Below are positions 29,461 through 40,063 of a DNA stretch of 64,000 nucleotides, in pieces. The notes below the pieces were generated by a model. The model was not told where the DNA came from, ran no database searches, and worked only from the letters and a program-made list of their open reading frames with translations. A program made the translations under genes and the position numbers. How positions within the stretch are numbered: the stretch's first letter is position 1; each line of letters starts with the position of its first letter. The stretch comes from a bacterium (GTDB taxonomy: Bacteria; UBP6; UBA1177): assembly GCA_017538365.1 (NCBI GenBank), contig JAFYIZ010000012.1, positions 60,920 to 124,919 on the forward strand. Direction: 5' to 3'.

Positions 29461-30219
29461 TTAGTTAGCCGAAACGCAGCGCACGCTGTATCTGTTGTAG
29501 CGCGAAGTATATTCAATAAAACCGTCGTAAAAATTGATTATCCATGAAGAAGCAAGCTTCGTGTTGTCTTCGTTTTCAGAATCGAAATGAACGTGTCTGG
29601 TAGCCCAGAACCAGGTAAGAAGCTGTTCTTTGAGCTCGAGTGCCGCATCCGACTCGGTCGCACCGTTTGCATCTTCATAAAAAACAGCGTCAAGCGCCGG
29701 AGCGACTTTTCCGTAGTTTACGATCGAACGGAGCTCGGCAGTCGTAGGAAGACGCCATTTTTTGTTGTTGAGCTTCAGACTTTCGCAGTAAGACTTCGCC
29801 TCATACCAGTTGAGGTCTGAGCTTACCCTTTTCGTCCAGCGGAGATTGGTAACGTTGTCATAAACGATTTCGTTATTGTTTTCTTTGACAAGAGAACGTG
29901 TTCCGTAACGTTTCTGGCCGTCCTGACCTTCATACTCAGCAGGAACCTCGGAACAATCGATCTCTTTCTCGCTGTCGAAACATTTCGTAAGACCGGTCGC
30001 AACAAGCGGCCATCTCTGGGTATTGACTGGAGGAAGTTCAGTTTTTTTCAGAATCGGCAGTTTGACCGCGCTTTCCGGACGGACAACTACTGTGCGGTTC
30101 AGAACCGTTCCGTTCGGCTGCTTGCCGTACCTGGCAGTACTTTCAGAAGTCTCTTCTCCGCACGAAACGAAACAAAAGGCTGAAAACAAAACCGCAATTA
30201 AAAGGATTGTGTTTTTCAT
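29461..30219 (-). CDS. DUF1566 (Lcl C-terminal domain-like) lipoprotein
   Basis: Lipoprotein signal MKNTILLIAVLFSAFCFVSC. Motif KWRLPTTAELRSIVNYG. C-terminal …YSVRCVS. GGGAGGA RBS. Confidence 0.65.
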   Translation of the reverse strand: MKNTILLIAVLFSAFCFVSCGEETSESTARYGKQPNGTVLNRTVVVRPESAVKLPILKKTELPPVNTQRWPLVATGLTKCFDSEKEIDCSEVPAEYEGQDGQKRYGTRSLVKENNNEIVYDNVTNLRWTKRVSSDLNWYEAKSYCESLKLNNKKWRLPTTAELRSIVNYGKVAPALDAVFYEDANGATESDAALELKEQLLTWFWATRHVHFDSENEDNTKLASSWIINFYDGFIEYTSRYNRYSVRCVSAN

Positions 30220-30234
30220 CTTATCCTCCCTACA

Positions 30235-30651
30235 TCAATTATTTTCACATATTGAAGAATGTTCTGTGTTGGAAACCCTGCATTTGACATTGTACGTGGA
30301 TTCAGTACAGCCTGTTCCCTGATTTGTGAAACAGACATAAGCAAAAGCCTGGTATGTTGCCGCGCCGCCTGAGCCTTCTCCTTCGAATTTTATAAGATAA
30401 TGCTTATTGCCTGCACCGCCGAACTCAACACCGTAATACTTCGTCAAAACCGTCTTATCCTTAGTGTACTGGCGGTATGTGTTGAAATAATCTTCTTCGG
30501 CTGCGGCAAGAGTCATCAGCTGTTCTTCAGCCTCGACTCTCTTTGCGCGGTTTGTGTAACCGTTGTAAAGAGGAATCGCTACAGCAGCCAGAACACCAAT
30601 GATTGCAACAACTATCATAAGCTCAATAAGCGTGAAACCTTTTTTTCTCAT
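30235..30651 (-). CDS. Type IV pilin (major-pilin-like prepilin)
   Basis: MRKKG|[22 protein letters not shown] prepilin leader with Glu at +5. C-terminal Cys pairs. Start taken at the internal ATG with an RBS. Confidence 0.75.
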   Translation of the reverse strand: MRKKGFTLIELMIVVAIIGVLAAVAIPLYNGYTNRAKRVEAEEQLMTLAAAEEDYFNTYRQYTKDKTVLTKYYGVEFGGAGNKHYLIKFEGEGSGGAATYQAFAYVCFTNQGTGCTESTYNVKCRVSNTEHSSICENN

Positions 30652-30742
30652 TTGAATCTCCAACAAAACAACCTTTCTATTATAATGTTTTCTCCATAAA
30701 ATCAAACATTTTTTTACCTCCGGATTGACCGGACACCGTCAT

Positions 30743-31204
30743 CTACCATGAGCAGCTCACTCCGTTGTACAGATTGGATTCTCCGCTCTTAAACTCCTTA
30801 AAATTCGTAGTTTCTGTGGTATCCATAAAAGACGAGGTATAAAGCCAGCAGTGCAGATCGCTGCGGATTTTGCGCACACCGCTTACCCAGTAACCCATTC
30901 CTACGCCGTCTTTTATAATAATTCCCGTTTTCAGCTTCATCTGCTCGGTGTCTCTCGGAAAAGCATATTTTGAAACCAGTGCATTTTTATCTGTTCCGGT
31001 ATTTCCGTATCTTCCCTCAGAAAGATAGAACTTTTCCTGAGATGCCGCAGCGACAAGCATCTGCGATTTCAACTCGTCAATTTTGGAATCATCCGAAAAA
31101 GAGTCAAATATCGGGACTGCAAGCGCTGCCAGAATACCGACAATCGCGACTACGATCGCCAGCTCAATCAGCGTAAAGCCTTTTTTGTCCGAAAAAATCA
31201 TCAT
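30743..31204 (-). CDS. Type IV pilin / pseudopilin (prepilin-type N-terminal cleavage/methylation domain)
   Basis: MMIFSDKKG|FTLIELAIVVAIVGILAALAVP. Confidence 0.75.
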   Translation of the reverse strand: MMIFSDKKGFTLIELAIVVAIVGILAALAVPIFDSFSDDSKIDELKSQMLVAAASQEKFYLSEGRYGNTGTDKNALVSKYAFPRDTEQMKLKTGIIIKDGVGMGYWVSGVRKIRSDLHCWLYTSSFMDTTETTNFKEFKSGESNLYNGVSCSW

Positions 31205-31205
31205 A

Positions 31206-32006
31206 CTACTTCTCCCGGCCTACAGGCGTACCTTTACCGTTGTCGAACTTATTCTTATTCTGTTTTCCGCTTTTCTTCTTGTAGAAATCGTTCAGGTTCA
31301 CATCTTCAAGAGAACCGTCTTCGGATTCGTGTCCGATATAGATGGCCTTCGTCATCGAAACCGTCATGCCGGCTTTCACAATATCGGGAATCCTGTATTC
31401 ACGCGCCCATTCACTTGTATTGAGTTCGTCAAAGTTGTTGAAAAAACGACCTGTTTTGAAGGTCAGCTTGTCGTTGGAAGGGTTGATTATGAAAACTGCG
31501 GCAAGCCACGAATTCTGCATGAGTTCCTGAGCCATCGGCAGAGAAATGTAGTAGTCAAGCGACTGCTTTTTCAAAGATTCCATCGTCGCTTCAGGGAGTT
31601 TGAAATCTTCGATATTGTTGCGGAAAAGATAGTAAAGCGGAAGGTATTTCATGTAGGTTGAAACATTGTCGTCGAAAATCTTCAGAATGTTGTCGATGTA
31701 GAAATTGAGTCTCATTTTTCCGTTGTTAACGCTTGCCGCGCGGAGAGCGTTTGCCATTCCGTGAGCCCTGAAATCGGTATCGCGGTTGAAAGTATTGCTG
31801 AGAGCCATGATTCTGTCCTCGGTGGCACGGGTTTCATAGGCCGTGTTCTCAAAAATGATGGAAAACGGGGTGATTTCGACAACCTGACCAACCATAACGA
31901 TATAGGAGTATTCAGAATACGAGTTGCCATCGCCGACCGTTCTTTCGACTGCGAAAAGCATCGAAGTCAGCACAATAATGAAAGAGATTGCAAAAATTTT
32001 TCTCAT
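31206..32006 (-). CDS. Hypothetical secreted protein encoded within the pilus operon
   Basis: Signal peptide MRKIFAISFIIVLTSMLFA. No recognisable domain. 1-bp gap to the downstream pilin gene. Confidence 0.5.
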   Translation of the reverse strand: MRKIFAISFIIVLTSMLFAVERTVGDGNSYSEYSYIVMVGQVVEITPFSIIFENTAYETRATEDRIMALSNTFNRDTDFRAHGMANALRAASVNNGKMRLNFYIDNILKIFDDNVSTYMKYLPLYYLFRNNIEDFKLPEATMESLKKQSLDYYISLPMAQELMQNSWLAAVFIINPSNDKLTFKTGRFFNNFDELNTSEWAREYRIPDIVKAGMTVSMTKAIYIGHESEDGSLEDVNLNDFYKKKSGKQNKNKFDNGKGTPVGREK

Positions 32007-32015
32007 ATCGTCCTC

Positions 32016-35000
32016 CTAGTAAAGTTCATACCACTTGATAATATAAGTTTTGTTCGTCTTAACAGTGAGCTGAGTCTTTCTGAAAATATCGGCTCCGGCA
32101 CCGAATGTAAGATCGTAACCTTTGTCTGAAGCGATTACTCCGACTCCGGTTGCAAGGCTTATGTTCTTTGCTTTTGACGTATCGGTTATACACTGGTTGT
32201 CTTCATCAGCCGATACACTCCATTCACCGTTGCTTCCCGTCATGTTCGTATCGGTGAAATACTGGTTGCCGTCGAGGATGTATCTTTCGTAGTTGCTGCT
32301 TGATCCGAAAGATCTGCACTCGGTAAGCTTCATCGGGGTAAAGGTGTTCCACGCAATGGTGTAGCTGTTGGAATTTTCGGCTTTGCCGCCGTAGATATCG
32401 TAAACAACAAGAGGTTCAGTAATGCCCTTTTCACCGCCGTCCCTGTTGAATACGACTCGCCATCCGTGTTTGCCCTCAATGATCGTGTTCTGTTGATCGT
32501 GAGCGTTGCCTCGACCGTTGAGCTGGTATTCACCCAAATATACGGTATCGGAATCAAATTCATCGTAAGCGCCGCCTTTCTTGTCGTAGAAAACCGTCAT
32601 TGCCTCAGCACTTCCGACATATCTCGGGTTAGCCGCGTTTCCTGTAACGATAGGAACAGGAATAAGCCAATCCTCCACACTTGTGTCGTCAACAGATCTC
32701 TTTACAGGATTATATCTTTCAAGCGGCGGGAAGAAGTTCGACGAAACGTAACTCTTACTCGTGATAGCCCACGGAACCGACTTGATAGCCTCGCTCGTAC
32801 CGCCGTTTCTTTCAGTGTAGACGACCTTTGCAGTCCAATCGGACGGGCTGGCAGAGGTGACATCGACTCTGAAAACAGTTCCTGAAAGATCGTTGAAATA
32901 AACATATTCAGTGTCAACTGCTGCCTTTCCTGCCGTATTGACTACAAACGGAACCGATGTGAACGAAGTTACGAGCCACGATTTCGTAAAGGTGGTCATT
33001 TTCGTTGTAGGCGTATTCATATCGAAAATAGCCGCCTCTTCGAATTTACCTTTGGTTTTGTTCAGCTTGTAGATCAAGAACTTGTTGCCGTCAAGCTCGC
33101 TTACAGTGCAGGAGATGTTGTTGTCGGTATCCGACGAAGTCAAAGCTGTCGGATCGTGACACGTAGCATCGTAACCGCCGGGAACTGCAAGGTAATATTC
33201 CAGATCGTTGGCAAAAGAACAGGTTCCAGAGCACTTTCTGAATACTGCCGCCTTTCCGAAACTGAGACCGCCGTCAATATTGATATTCTGGATAAATTTC
33301 GGCTCGTCCTTGTCGGAAACATCGATAACGGTGTAACCTTTAGCGCCTCGTCTGTAGCCGAAAATAAGGTATGCCTTTTCGCCGCCGTTTATGATTCCGT
33401 CGTGGCTCTGGTCAATGTGGAGCAGTGTGATCGGACCGTCAACTGTAGCATTGAAAAAGATGTTGGATTCGGTTTCCTTGAAGCTCGTGATTGACGGAAT
33501 CGCGAGAGTCGGCATGTATGCATATACTTCATTACCGCTGCCGTCAAACGCATGGAGCATTCCGTCATTTGCTCCGGCATAGATTCTCGTGGTGGTATCG
33601 TTTTCATAAAGAACAGCTACCGGTTTAGAGTGGACAATTGCACCGAGAAGCAGCGGACGAAGCGTAAGTTTAGTGCTTTTGTTGAAGTCGATATTGAACG
33701 GATCGTCAACAGAGAAAGTCTTCTTCGTAGTGGTATAGCGGACATTCGTGCTCAAACCGTCCTTATCGTCATCAAAGCTGTCGTAACCTGCCATATAGTC
33801 AAGGATCTGTCCTATCTGAGCAGAAGTTATCGAAGGATCTGCTTCACGGAATTTGTTATAGAGATAGTTGCCTGAAGAGATATCTGCGCTTTTAAGCTCA
33901 GAAATGCTGCCTTTTGTGTTCGTGTCATAGTAAATTTTTCTCTTTGTCTTTTTATAGCACTCGCCAGCCGAGCTGCATGTATCTGCAGATTCTATCAACT
34001 GTCTGAGTTTGTATGCCGCACCGCCGACCATAAGTTTTTTGTACTGTTCAACGCTTGTGGAATCATCGCCGACGAAATCCGTGCCGCTGTCGGTTGCAAA
34101 ACAGTCGCTGGAACTGAAGGTCTGTTTCTTCCATTCGCCGCAGTTGGCATCGGTATCGTCCGTGATAGGACAATCAGTACCGCCGTCAACATTGTATTTT
34201 TTGAGGTTTCCGAACCAGAAACGGCTTACCGAACCGTCTATCGGAACGGTTCCCGCTACGTAAGCATCCGGACCGCGGTATTTTTCCTCGACATCGTAAG
34301 GCTGGACAAGAGAAGAAGTCCAGTGAGGACGGCCTACGACGACATCGGAATCTTTCGATTTCGATACAAACGCCGCAAAAAGACTCGTTAAATCGTTGAA
34401 GTTTCCGCCTTCCTCCGATCCGCCGCCGGCAGTCGATGCTGTAAGACCGAAATATCTGCCCTTAATGTTGTCAAATCCTTTCGTCTGGGTAGCGACACGC
34501 TCCATAAAGCTCTCGTCCATGAAACTTCCTGTTGAACCGCCTGTTCCAGAAGCTTTCAAAGTATCGTACATCGCCGAAAGCCCCCATTCGCCGATTGCTA
34601 TGGAGTGGACGCGGTCGATTCTCGGGATGTTCGCTCCGGTGAGGTGCACTTCCGACGGATCGCAGCCTTTTGCATTCTGACTGACAAGCAGGTTCCGGCA
34701 TTCTCTGGTACCCCAGAAAGAATGGCTCGTGCTGTTTACAAACGCCGCAACATTCAAAAGCGAACTGTTGTACCAGTCCTCTGTTTCATAAGGTTCGAGC
34801 TGGCTCGGCTGCGTATCGACAGGCGTTACGCACGGGTTTTCAGGATCGGCGGTAGTATCGCTGAACTTCTTGCAGGTTATTTTGTCTAATGAGTTGTCAG
34901 ACGATACAGTTCCCATGCCGTTCAATTTGTCGTTGTGGTCGAACTGCGGCTGACCGCCTGAAATAATAATAGCTTCATTGGTATTGCATTCAGGCGAACC

Positions 35001-38000
35001 GTTTTCATAAGGTGAATCGTATTTTTTGGTTTTGTATTCCTGATCGTGGAGAGCATACATTCCGCCAAGATAACGCCAAGCATCGTAAAGAGTCTCACCA
35101 AGCGTGGAACCGCCAAGCGCCTTCAAACCTTTGAGCTGTTTTTGGAATTCTCCAATATTAGTAACATTGGTTAAATCACTCGCCGGCATAAGAAGTTTTC
35201 CGCCCTCTCCTTTGGGTATTTTCATCCAGAATGTAGGATAATCGCAGTCGTTGCTGTCCTGACTCAAATCTATGGAACAGCATCCCGATGTGCAGGACGA
35301 GTCGCAATCGGTACCGGTCCAGCCCCAGAGAACATCATAGACGCATGTCGGAGTTCTCGCAGCCGCTTCGTTCGTCGTAAAGAGAGAGGTCAGAGAATCT
35401 CTGAGATATTTGGAACCGTTTTCGGAATAAAGCAGACTGAAATCTCTATACCATCCGTCATAAGGTGAATCGCTGTTGGTATCTTTAAATACTTTGTACG
35501 GAACAAGATTGTAATATCCTGGAGTTGAGCCCTCGTTTATGTGACCGTTTACAATTTCAGCCTGATATCCGCTTGACTCGGTTCGTCCTCCGTCACTTGT
35601 TGTAGCGTATTGATAAGTACTGACAGCACAGATACAGTGGTTATTTTTACATGGTCCCGGTTTTGTAGGCGGAGTCTTGCTTACTTTCGACGACATATTG
35701 ACGCCTTCCGGGGTCTGGTGATGGTAGTACAAGCCCTGCTCGCTGTTGATACAACGGCAGCAGTCCTCGATGTTATTGACACTGTCCAGAGTACACTCAC
35801 CTGCTGCACAACTGCCTATACCGTTAAATTCTTTTGTATCAGTCATATAGAAGAAAGACTGGCATTTCCACGGATCGTCATAAACCTGACCGGCCCTGCA
35901 CAACCATGAGCAGGCAACTTTTGTCGGAGTAAACCACTGGTCTCTCGCCAGAACCTCTCTTTCCGCAGTTCTCGCTTCACAGTATTCGACTTTCGAACCC
36001 TGACGTCCCTGGTTAAGATAGGTCGGTGCCTGAGAAGCACTCGGACACGAACTTCCGTTGATAACCGCAACTTCTCTGTTATAGAAAGAAGCCTTGCACT
36101 CGTATTCAAAAACCTTTTTGCTGCCGGAAGATGTCTGATACTGGAATACCTGATACAATTCTTTCTCCGGATCAAAAATAGTTTTCGGATTGACTTGCTG
36201 CTTTTTGTATCCTTCGTCAAAGTAATATTTCAGAGTGAACGAAGTATTTGCATCACCCAGTTTGCAGCCGTTACGCGTAACAGTCGCTACCGCACGCATA
36301 TGGTAACCTGACTCGCTGCATCCGCTGAGAGTTCCCGATATTGACGGACAGTCTGATGCATTGCACGTAGCCGAACCGAGCGTAACCGAAGGCTTACCCG
36401 TTTCTCCGATACAACCGTAGTAAACAGTAACTTTTATCTCGTCCAAAGGCGTATAGTCAATCGAACCTTCAACATTGACCGTTATTCCGATGCCGGTACA
36501 GGTATCGCTGTCGCTGTCCGATCCGCAGTAAACGTCAGCTCCCGGATCTTCCAGAATATCAACAACGTCAGATTCTTTAGTTCCAGTAGTCTCTCCCAAA
36601 ACGCTGCCACTGTCACATTTCTGGCATATATCTCCGTTCAAATCGGTATAGTTCGACATATTGCCTTCTTCCGCACATTCCAATTCCTGACAGCAGTGGT
36701 TCGGATCCTGGTCGAATTCGCTGTAGTGATCGAGAACGCATTCGTAACTCGGGTTGCAGCAGCTCGGATCGGTGTTGGGCCTGCCGAGATATTCGCAAGT
36801 CTCTTCAAAAGAAGAGCACTTGCCGATTTCATTGCCTCCGATCGTTCCCTGATCCGTTTTGCAGTTGATATCGTTGTCTCTGCAGTGCGGGTTTGCACAT
36901 TCGGTTGCCTTGCAGCATATTTTTTTCATATCGAAAGAGAAGCTGGCAAGAGTCTTAGGATCAGGATTTAGAGTCGAACCGCTGTAGCTCGAGCATTTCG
37001 TTTCTTCAAAAGAACCTGTTCCATCGCCGTTGGACTTCCACATCATACATTTGTCGCAGTCTGACGAAGCTGTCTTTGTCAAATTTGTATAGGATGTTCC
37101 AACGTCACAGCCGGCAGCTGAATCGTCCATTCCGCAGGAATACTGCTCGTCGGAATAGATGGAAAAACCTTCTGCACCGACATCCTCTATATTAAAGTTC
37201 TCACATTTAGACGCATTGAATGCTTTGGGATCGTCGTCATCATGAGCAGATTCACCATTTGACGGCGTTTTCAGTTCGGACGCCCAGAGTGAATCTATAG
37301 CTTCCTGAATAGCCTCAAGCTCCTTCTCACGGACCGTACCAGTGAGATTCGACCGGGACGGATCAAAAGCAACGAAACAGATATTCTTCTCGTCTATTAC
37401 CGGCACAGGCGGATCGTCTGTTGTCATAACAGGCTTTCCGTCCTCATCAAACCGCTGTTCATCATACGAACTCTTTGGTCTGTAGGTAGTTTTATGACAC
37501 CTATTCTCTCCGCGGGTTCTCGGCTGTACAGAGAAAGAGTGAACGTTGCCGAGGATTATTTTCAAAGCATCAAGAGATGTAGAGTATTTCCAGTTGAGCC
37601 AGAGTCCGCTTACAGGGTTAGCCTGGAGACTTTTGCCGTTCGTCATCTTGTCGCTGCCGTCAGTCAGGCAGTCCCAGTCGCTTCTGTCGGCGATAAAACC
37701 ACCGCTTGATTCCTTGAAACTTTCGAACTGTTCATCCGTCATACCAAGTTTTTCTTTGTTGTACTGGTCTGCTGAAGAAGTTCCTTCAAGAACGTCGCCG
37801 TGAGTATCGGCAGTCCAGTCGTAGAAACAGATGTCTTCTTTATATGTTTTATTCGGATTCCACGGACCGACATATTTTTTTGCCGCATTGCTGGTTGCTG
37901 AAACCGTTGTGGAGCGGTCCGGTTCCGGATAGTAGCTGTCTTTGATCGTTTTGCAGTGAATAGAGAGTTTGTCTTTTACATTACTGATTTTCGAACATTT

Positions 38001-38345
38001 GGTACGTACGTCTCCGCAGTTCAAATCGACTGAACACATCGCGTTGCTTTCAACGTTACGGCACTGCTGGTAGGCGTTGTTGCAAAGCGCAAGCGCTTTC
38101 TCCAAGTTTGCCTCACCGTCCTTGCAGGTATCGGTATAGTCGCTGTACGCGAAAGAATTCATACTGTCTGACGAATCAACGATGAAAATCTGGTGGGGCA
38201 TTTTCTTCGCACTTGTTATCATCGCCGCGACATCATCCTTGAGAGAGTCTGAAATCGTAACACCTTCTGCTGTGAAACAAAAACACAACAGAAAATTAAC
38301 AAAAAAGGCTACAAAAAGTTTGTTTGAAAATGTGCTTTTTCTCAT
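32016..38345 (-). CDS. PilY1/PilC-like type IV pilus tip adhesin, giant variant (2109 aa), with an N-terminal vWA domain and a large Cys-rich insertion
   Basis: vWA MIDAS motif IFIVDSSDSM. C-terminal beta-propeller signature IYAGANDGMLHAFDGSGNEVYAYMP. DDDKDG Ca-site-like motif. Located after the pilV/W/X-like genes, as in the fimU-pilVWXY1E arrangement. Confidence 0.75.
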   Translation of the reverse strand: MRKSTFSNKLFVAFFVNFLLCFCFTAEGVTISDSLKDDVAAMITSAKKMPHQIFIVDSSDSMNSFAYSDYTDTCKDGEANLEKALALCNNAYQQCRNVESNAMCSVDLNCGDVRTKCSKISNVKDKLSIHCKTIKDSYYPEPDRSTTVSATSNAAKKYVGPWNPNKTYKEDICFYDWTADTHGDVLEGTSSADQYNKEKLGMTDEQFESFKESSGGFIADRSDWDCLTDGSDKMTNGKSLQANPVSGLWLNWKYSTSLDALKIILGNVHSFSVQPRTRGENRCHKTTYRPKSSYDEQRFDEDGKPVMTTDDPPVPVIDEKNICFVAFDPSRSNLTGTVREKELEAIQEAIDSLWASELKTPSNGESAHDDDDPKAFNASKCENFNIEDVGAEGFSIYSDEQYSCGMDDSAAGCDVGTSYTNLTKTASSDCDKCMMWKSNGDGTGSFEETKCSSYSGSTLNPDPKTLASFSFDMKKICCKATECANPHCRDNDINCKTDQGTIGGNEIGKCSSFEETCEYLGRPNTDPSCCNPSYECVLDHYSEFDQDPNHCCQELECAEEGNMSNYTDLNGDICQKCDSGSVLGETTGTKESDVVDILEDPGADVYCGSDSDSDTCTGIGITVNVEGSIDYTPLDEIKVTVYYGCIGETGKPSVTLGSATCNASDCPSISGTLSGCSESGYHMRAVATVTRNGCKLGDANTSFTLKYYFDEGYKKQQVNPKTIFDPEKELYQVFQYQTSSGSKKVFEYECKASFYNREVAVINGSSCPSASQAPTYLNQGRQGSKVEYCEARTAEREVLARDQWFTPTKVACSWLCRAGQVYDDPWKCQSFFYMTDTKEFNGIGSCAAGECTLDSVNNIEDCCRCINSEQGLYYHHQTPEGVNMSSKVSKTPPTKPGPCKNNHCICAVSTYQYATTSDGGRTESSGYQAEIVNGHINEGSTPGYYNLVPYKVFKDTNSDSPYDGWYRDFSLLYSENGSKYLRDSLTSLFTTNEAAARTPTCVYDVLWGWTGTDCDSSCTSGCCSIDLSQDSNDCDYPTFWMKIPKGEGGKLLMPASDLTNVTNIGEFQKQLKGLKALGGSTLGETLYDAWRYLGGMYALHDQEYKTKKYDSPYENGSPECNTNEAIIISGGQPQFDHNDKLNGMGTVSSDNSLDKITCKKFSDTTADPENPCVTPVDTQPSQLEPYETEDWYNSSLLNVAAFVNSTSHSFWGTRECRNLLVSQNAKGCDPSEVHLTGANIPRIDRVHSIAIGEWGLSAMYDTLKASGTGGSTGSFMDESFMERVATQTKGFDNIKGRYFGLTASTAGGGSEEGGNFNDLTSLFAAFVSKSKDSDVVVGRPHWTSSLVQPYDVEEKYRGPDAYVAGTVPIDGSVSRFWFGNLKKYNVDGGTDCPITDDTDANCGEWKKQTFSSSDCFATDSGTDFVGDDSTSVEQYKKLMVGGAAYKLRQLIESADTCSSAGECYKKTKRKIYYDTNTKGSISELKSADISSGNYLYNKFREADPSITSAQIGQILDYMAGYDSFDDDKDGLSTNVRYTTTKKTFSVDDPFNIDFNKSTKLTLRPLLLGAIVHSKPVAVLYENDTTTRIYAGANDGMLHAFDGSGNEVYAYMPTLAIPSITSFKETESNIFFNATVDGPITLLHIDQSHDGIINGGEKAYLIFGYRRGAKGYTVIDVSDKDEPKFIQNINIDGGLSFGKAAVFRKCSGTCSFANDLEYYLAVPGGYDATCHDPTALTSSDTDNNISCTVSELDGNKFLIYKLNKTKGKFEEAAIFDMNTPTTKMTTFTKSWLVTSFTSVPFVVNTAGKAAVDTEYVYFNDLSGTVFRVDVTSASPSDWTAKVVYTERNGGTSEAIKSVPWAITSKSYVSSNFFPPLERYNPVKRSVDDTSVEDWLIPVPIVTGNAANPRYVGSAEAMTVFYDKKGGAYDEFDSDTVYLGEYQLNGRGNAHDQQNTIIEGKHGWRVVFNRDGGEKGITEPLVVYDIYGGKAENSNSYTIAWNTFTPMKLTECRSFGSSSNYERYILDGNQYFTDTNMTGSNGEWSVSADEDNQCITDTSKAKNISLATGVGVIASDKGYDLTFGAGADIFRKTQLTVKTNKTYIIKWYELY

Positions 38346-38356
38346 CTTTCACCCCT

Positions 38357-38983
38357 CTATTCCCTGTTTTCGCCGTCTCTTGAAAAACAGCTGATCAAAC
38401 CTATCGTCTTCATTTTTCCGAGCGAGAAGTTCGGCTTGTTCGCGATTTTGTTGCTGTCATCCCTGAAAGTTACGTAATTGCTCGATCCGACATAAATAAC
38501 CTCTCTGACATCGACCGTGATGTCGTAGCAGGCGTTCTTGTCTCTGCCGTAAACTGCCGTTGCATCCGGATTCAGCCCGTAAACCTGTGCGGTTTCGCTT
38601 GTCGTCAGCCTTCTCGCAACAGCTCTATAAGCAAATTGGATATCACTGGCTATTGCTGCCGTAGAAATATCACGCGGATAGTATCTGAAAGTTCCGTCAT
38701 TCGATGTCGTGCTGCCGCCCAAACCGTTACCTATAGAATAGGAGTCTTCGAACTGGAAAGTCGAATCAATAAGAGAACGCATCTCGCCGTTCACGATATT
38801 CACGGCTGAATATGCGTAGGCAAGCAGCCTTCTGTCCTGAAGATCCTTGCCTGTCGTATGAGCTGTTTCCGAAAGTCTCGCCATGGTCGCAAGCGCAATG
38901 ATCGAAAGGCTCATAGTCATCAGAACGCTGATGAAAAGTGCGACGCCGCAGTGCTTTTTAACAATAAAATCAAACATTTGCAC
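38357..38983 (-). CDS. PilX-like minor pilin / pilus assembly protein
   Basis: Hydrophobic N-terminus VALFISVLMTMSLSIIALATMARL. Position between the pilW-like and pilY1-like genes. Confidence 0.5.
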   Translation of the reverse strand: MQMFDFIVKKHCGVALFISVLMTMSLSIIALATMARLSETAHTTGKDLQDRRLLAYAYSAVNIVNGEMRSLIDSTFQFEDSYSIGNGLGGSTTSNDGTFRYYPRDISTAAIASDIQFAYRAVARRLTTSETAQVYGLNPDATAVYGRDKNACYDITVDVREVIYVGSSNYVTFRDDSNKIANKPNFSLGKMKTIGLISCFSRDGENRE

Positions 38984-38989
38984 CTCCAG

Positions 38990-40054
38990 CTAATTGCCTG
39001 ACTGATCTTTGAGATAACGGTAGTTCGAAAGATAAACAACCCTGCTGAAAACTGAAGCAGTGTAGTTCAAATCCTCCAAATCATAACAGTATTTATTAGT
39101 CGATCCCGTATCGGCACTGAAAATACAGTATCTCGGCAAAGTTCCGGCACCGCCGGGTTTTCCTTGGGTTATTCTTTCTTTTTTGGAAAGAAGAACAAAA
39201 CCGAACCTGATTGCAGTAATTTCTTTAATATGGTTTTTCGGATATTCAGTACCGTTCGGAAGCCATTTTCTGCATTTGTCGGTGCCACATTTCCACTCGG
39301 CAAGGAATTCTATTACAAACTTGGGCATTATATAAAAATTATCCGTTTTAGAGGATTTGTAGCTGAAATTTATCAGATTTCCTCCGCCGGTACCGTCTTC
39401 TTTCGTATAGTCAAGTGTGAGATAGTTGTCAGAGAGAGCCGGACTGTATTTTAACGTATAAATAAAATCCTCACCCGTAACAAGCGAACCTACAGGAAAA
39501 ACATCCTTGCACTCGTCACCGTCACTCCCAGGAGTACCGTTAAAACCATTGGTCTTCAAAGAAACGCCGTTATCCCCATATTCGATATCCGAAATAGAGG
39601 ATTCTCCATCGGCAGTCTTGAAAAAGCCGTTCTGGTTATGGAAATAGAGTTTGCTGATATTTGTATAAAACGACGCGCTGTTGAAAAGTGTGAATTCGCA
39701 GTTTGGATAAGTTTCCGAAACCGATGCAACTTTCGTGATCGGAGAACCGTAAGGTGAAAGATATACAAATGTTGTAGGAGATGTTTCCGTATTAATTTGA
39801 CGGAAAATACCAGTTCCGTCGTCTCTCAAATCGGTTTTCACACTGTTCAGACCTATCAGGCGGAAAGATTCTGAAAGAGTATCGAGCATCTGCTCGCCCA
39901 TCAGGTTTTCCGCGACCCGTATTGATGCTGAACGCTCTGTTTTGAGCGATGCCTCATACAATTTATAGAAAGAAGCAATAATGGTTATGGTTATAAAAAT
40001 GCTGACCATCAGCTCGATAATGGTAAAAGCCTTGAAAACACTAAATTTCTTCAT
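38990..40054 (-). CDS. PilW-like minor pilin (prepilin-type N-terminal domain)
   Basis: MKKFSVFKA|FTIIELMVSIFITITIIASF. 354 aa. Confidence 0.6.
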   Translation of the reverse strand: MKKFSVFKAFTIIELMVSIFITITIIASFYKLYEASLKTERSASIRVAENLMGEQMLDTLSESFRLIGLNSVKTDLRDDGTGIFRQINTETSPTTFVYLSPYGSPITKVASVSETYPNCEFTLFNSASFYTNISKLYFHNQNGFFKTADGESSISDIEYGDNGVSLKTNGFNGTPGSDGDECKDVFPVGSLVTGEDFIYTLKYSPALSDNYLTLDYTKEDGTGGGNLINFSYKSSKTDNFYIMPKFVIEFLAEWKCGTDKCRKWLPNGTEYPKNHIKEITAIRFGFVLLSKKERITQGKPGGAGTLPRYCIFSADTGSTNKYCYDLEDLNYTASVFSRVVYLSNYRYLKDQSGN

Positions 40055-40063
40055 GCCAGCCTC

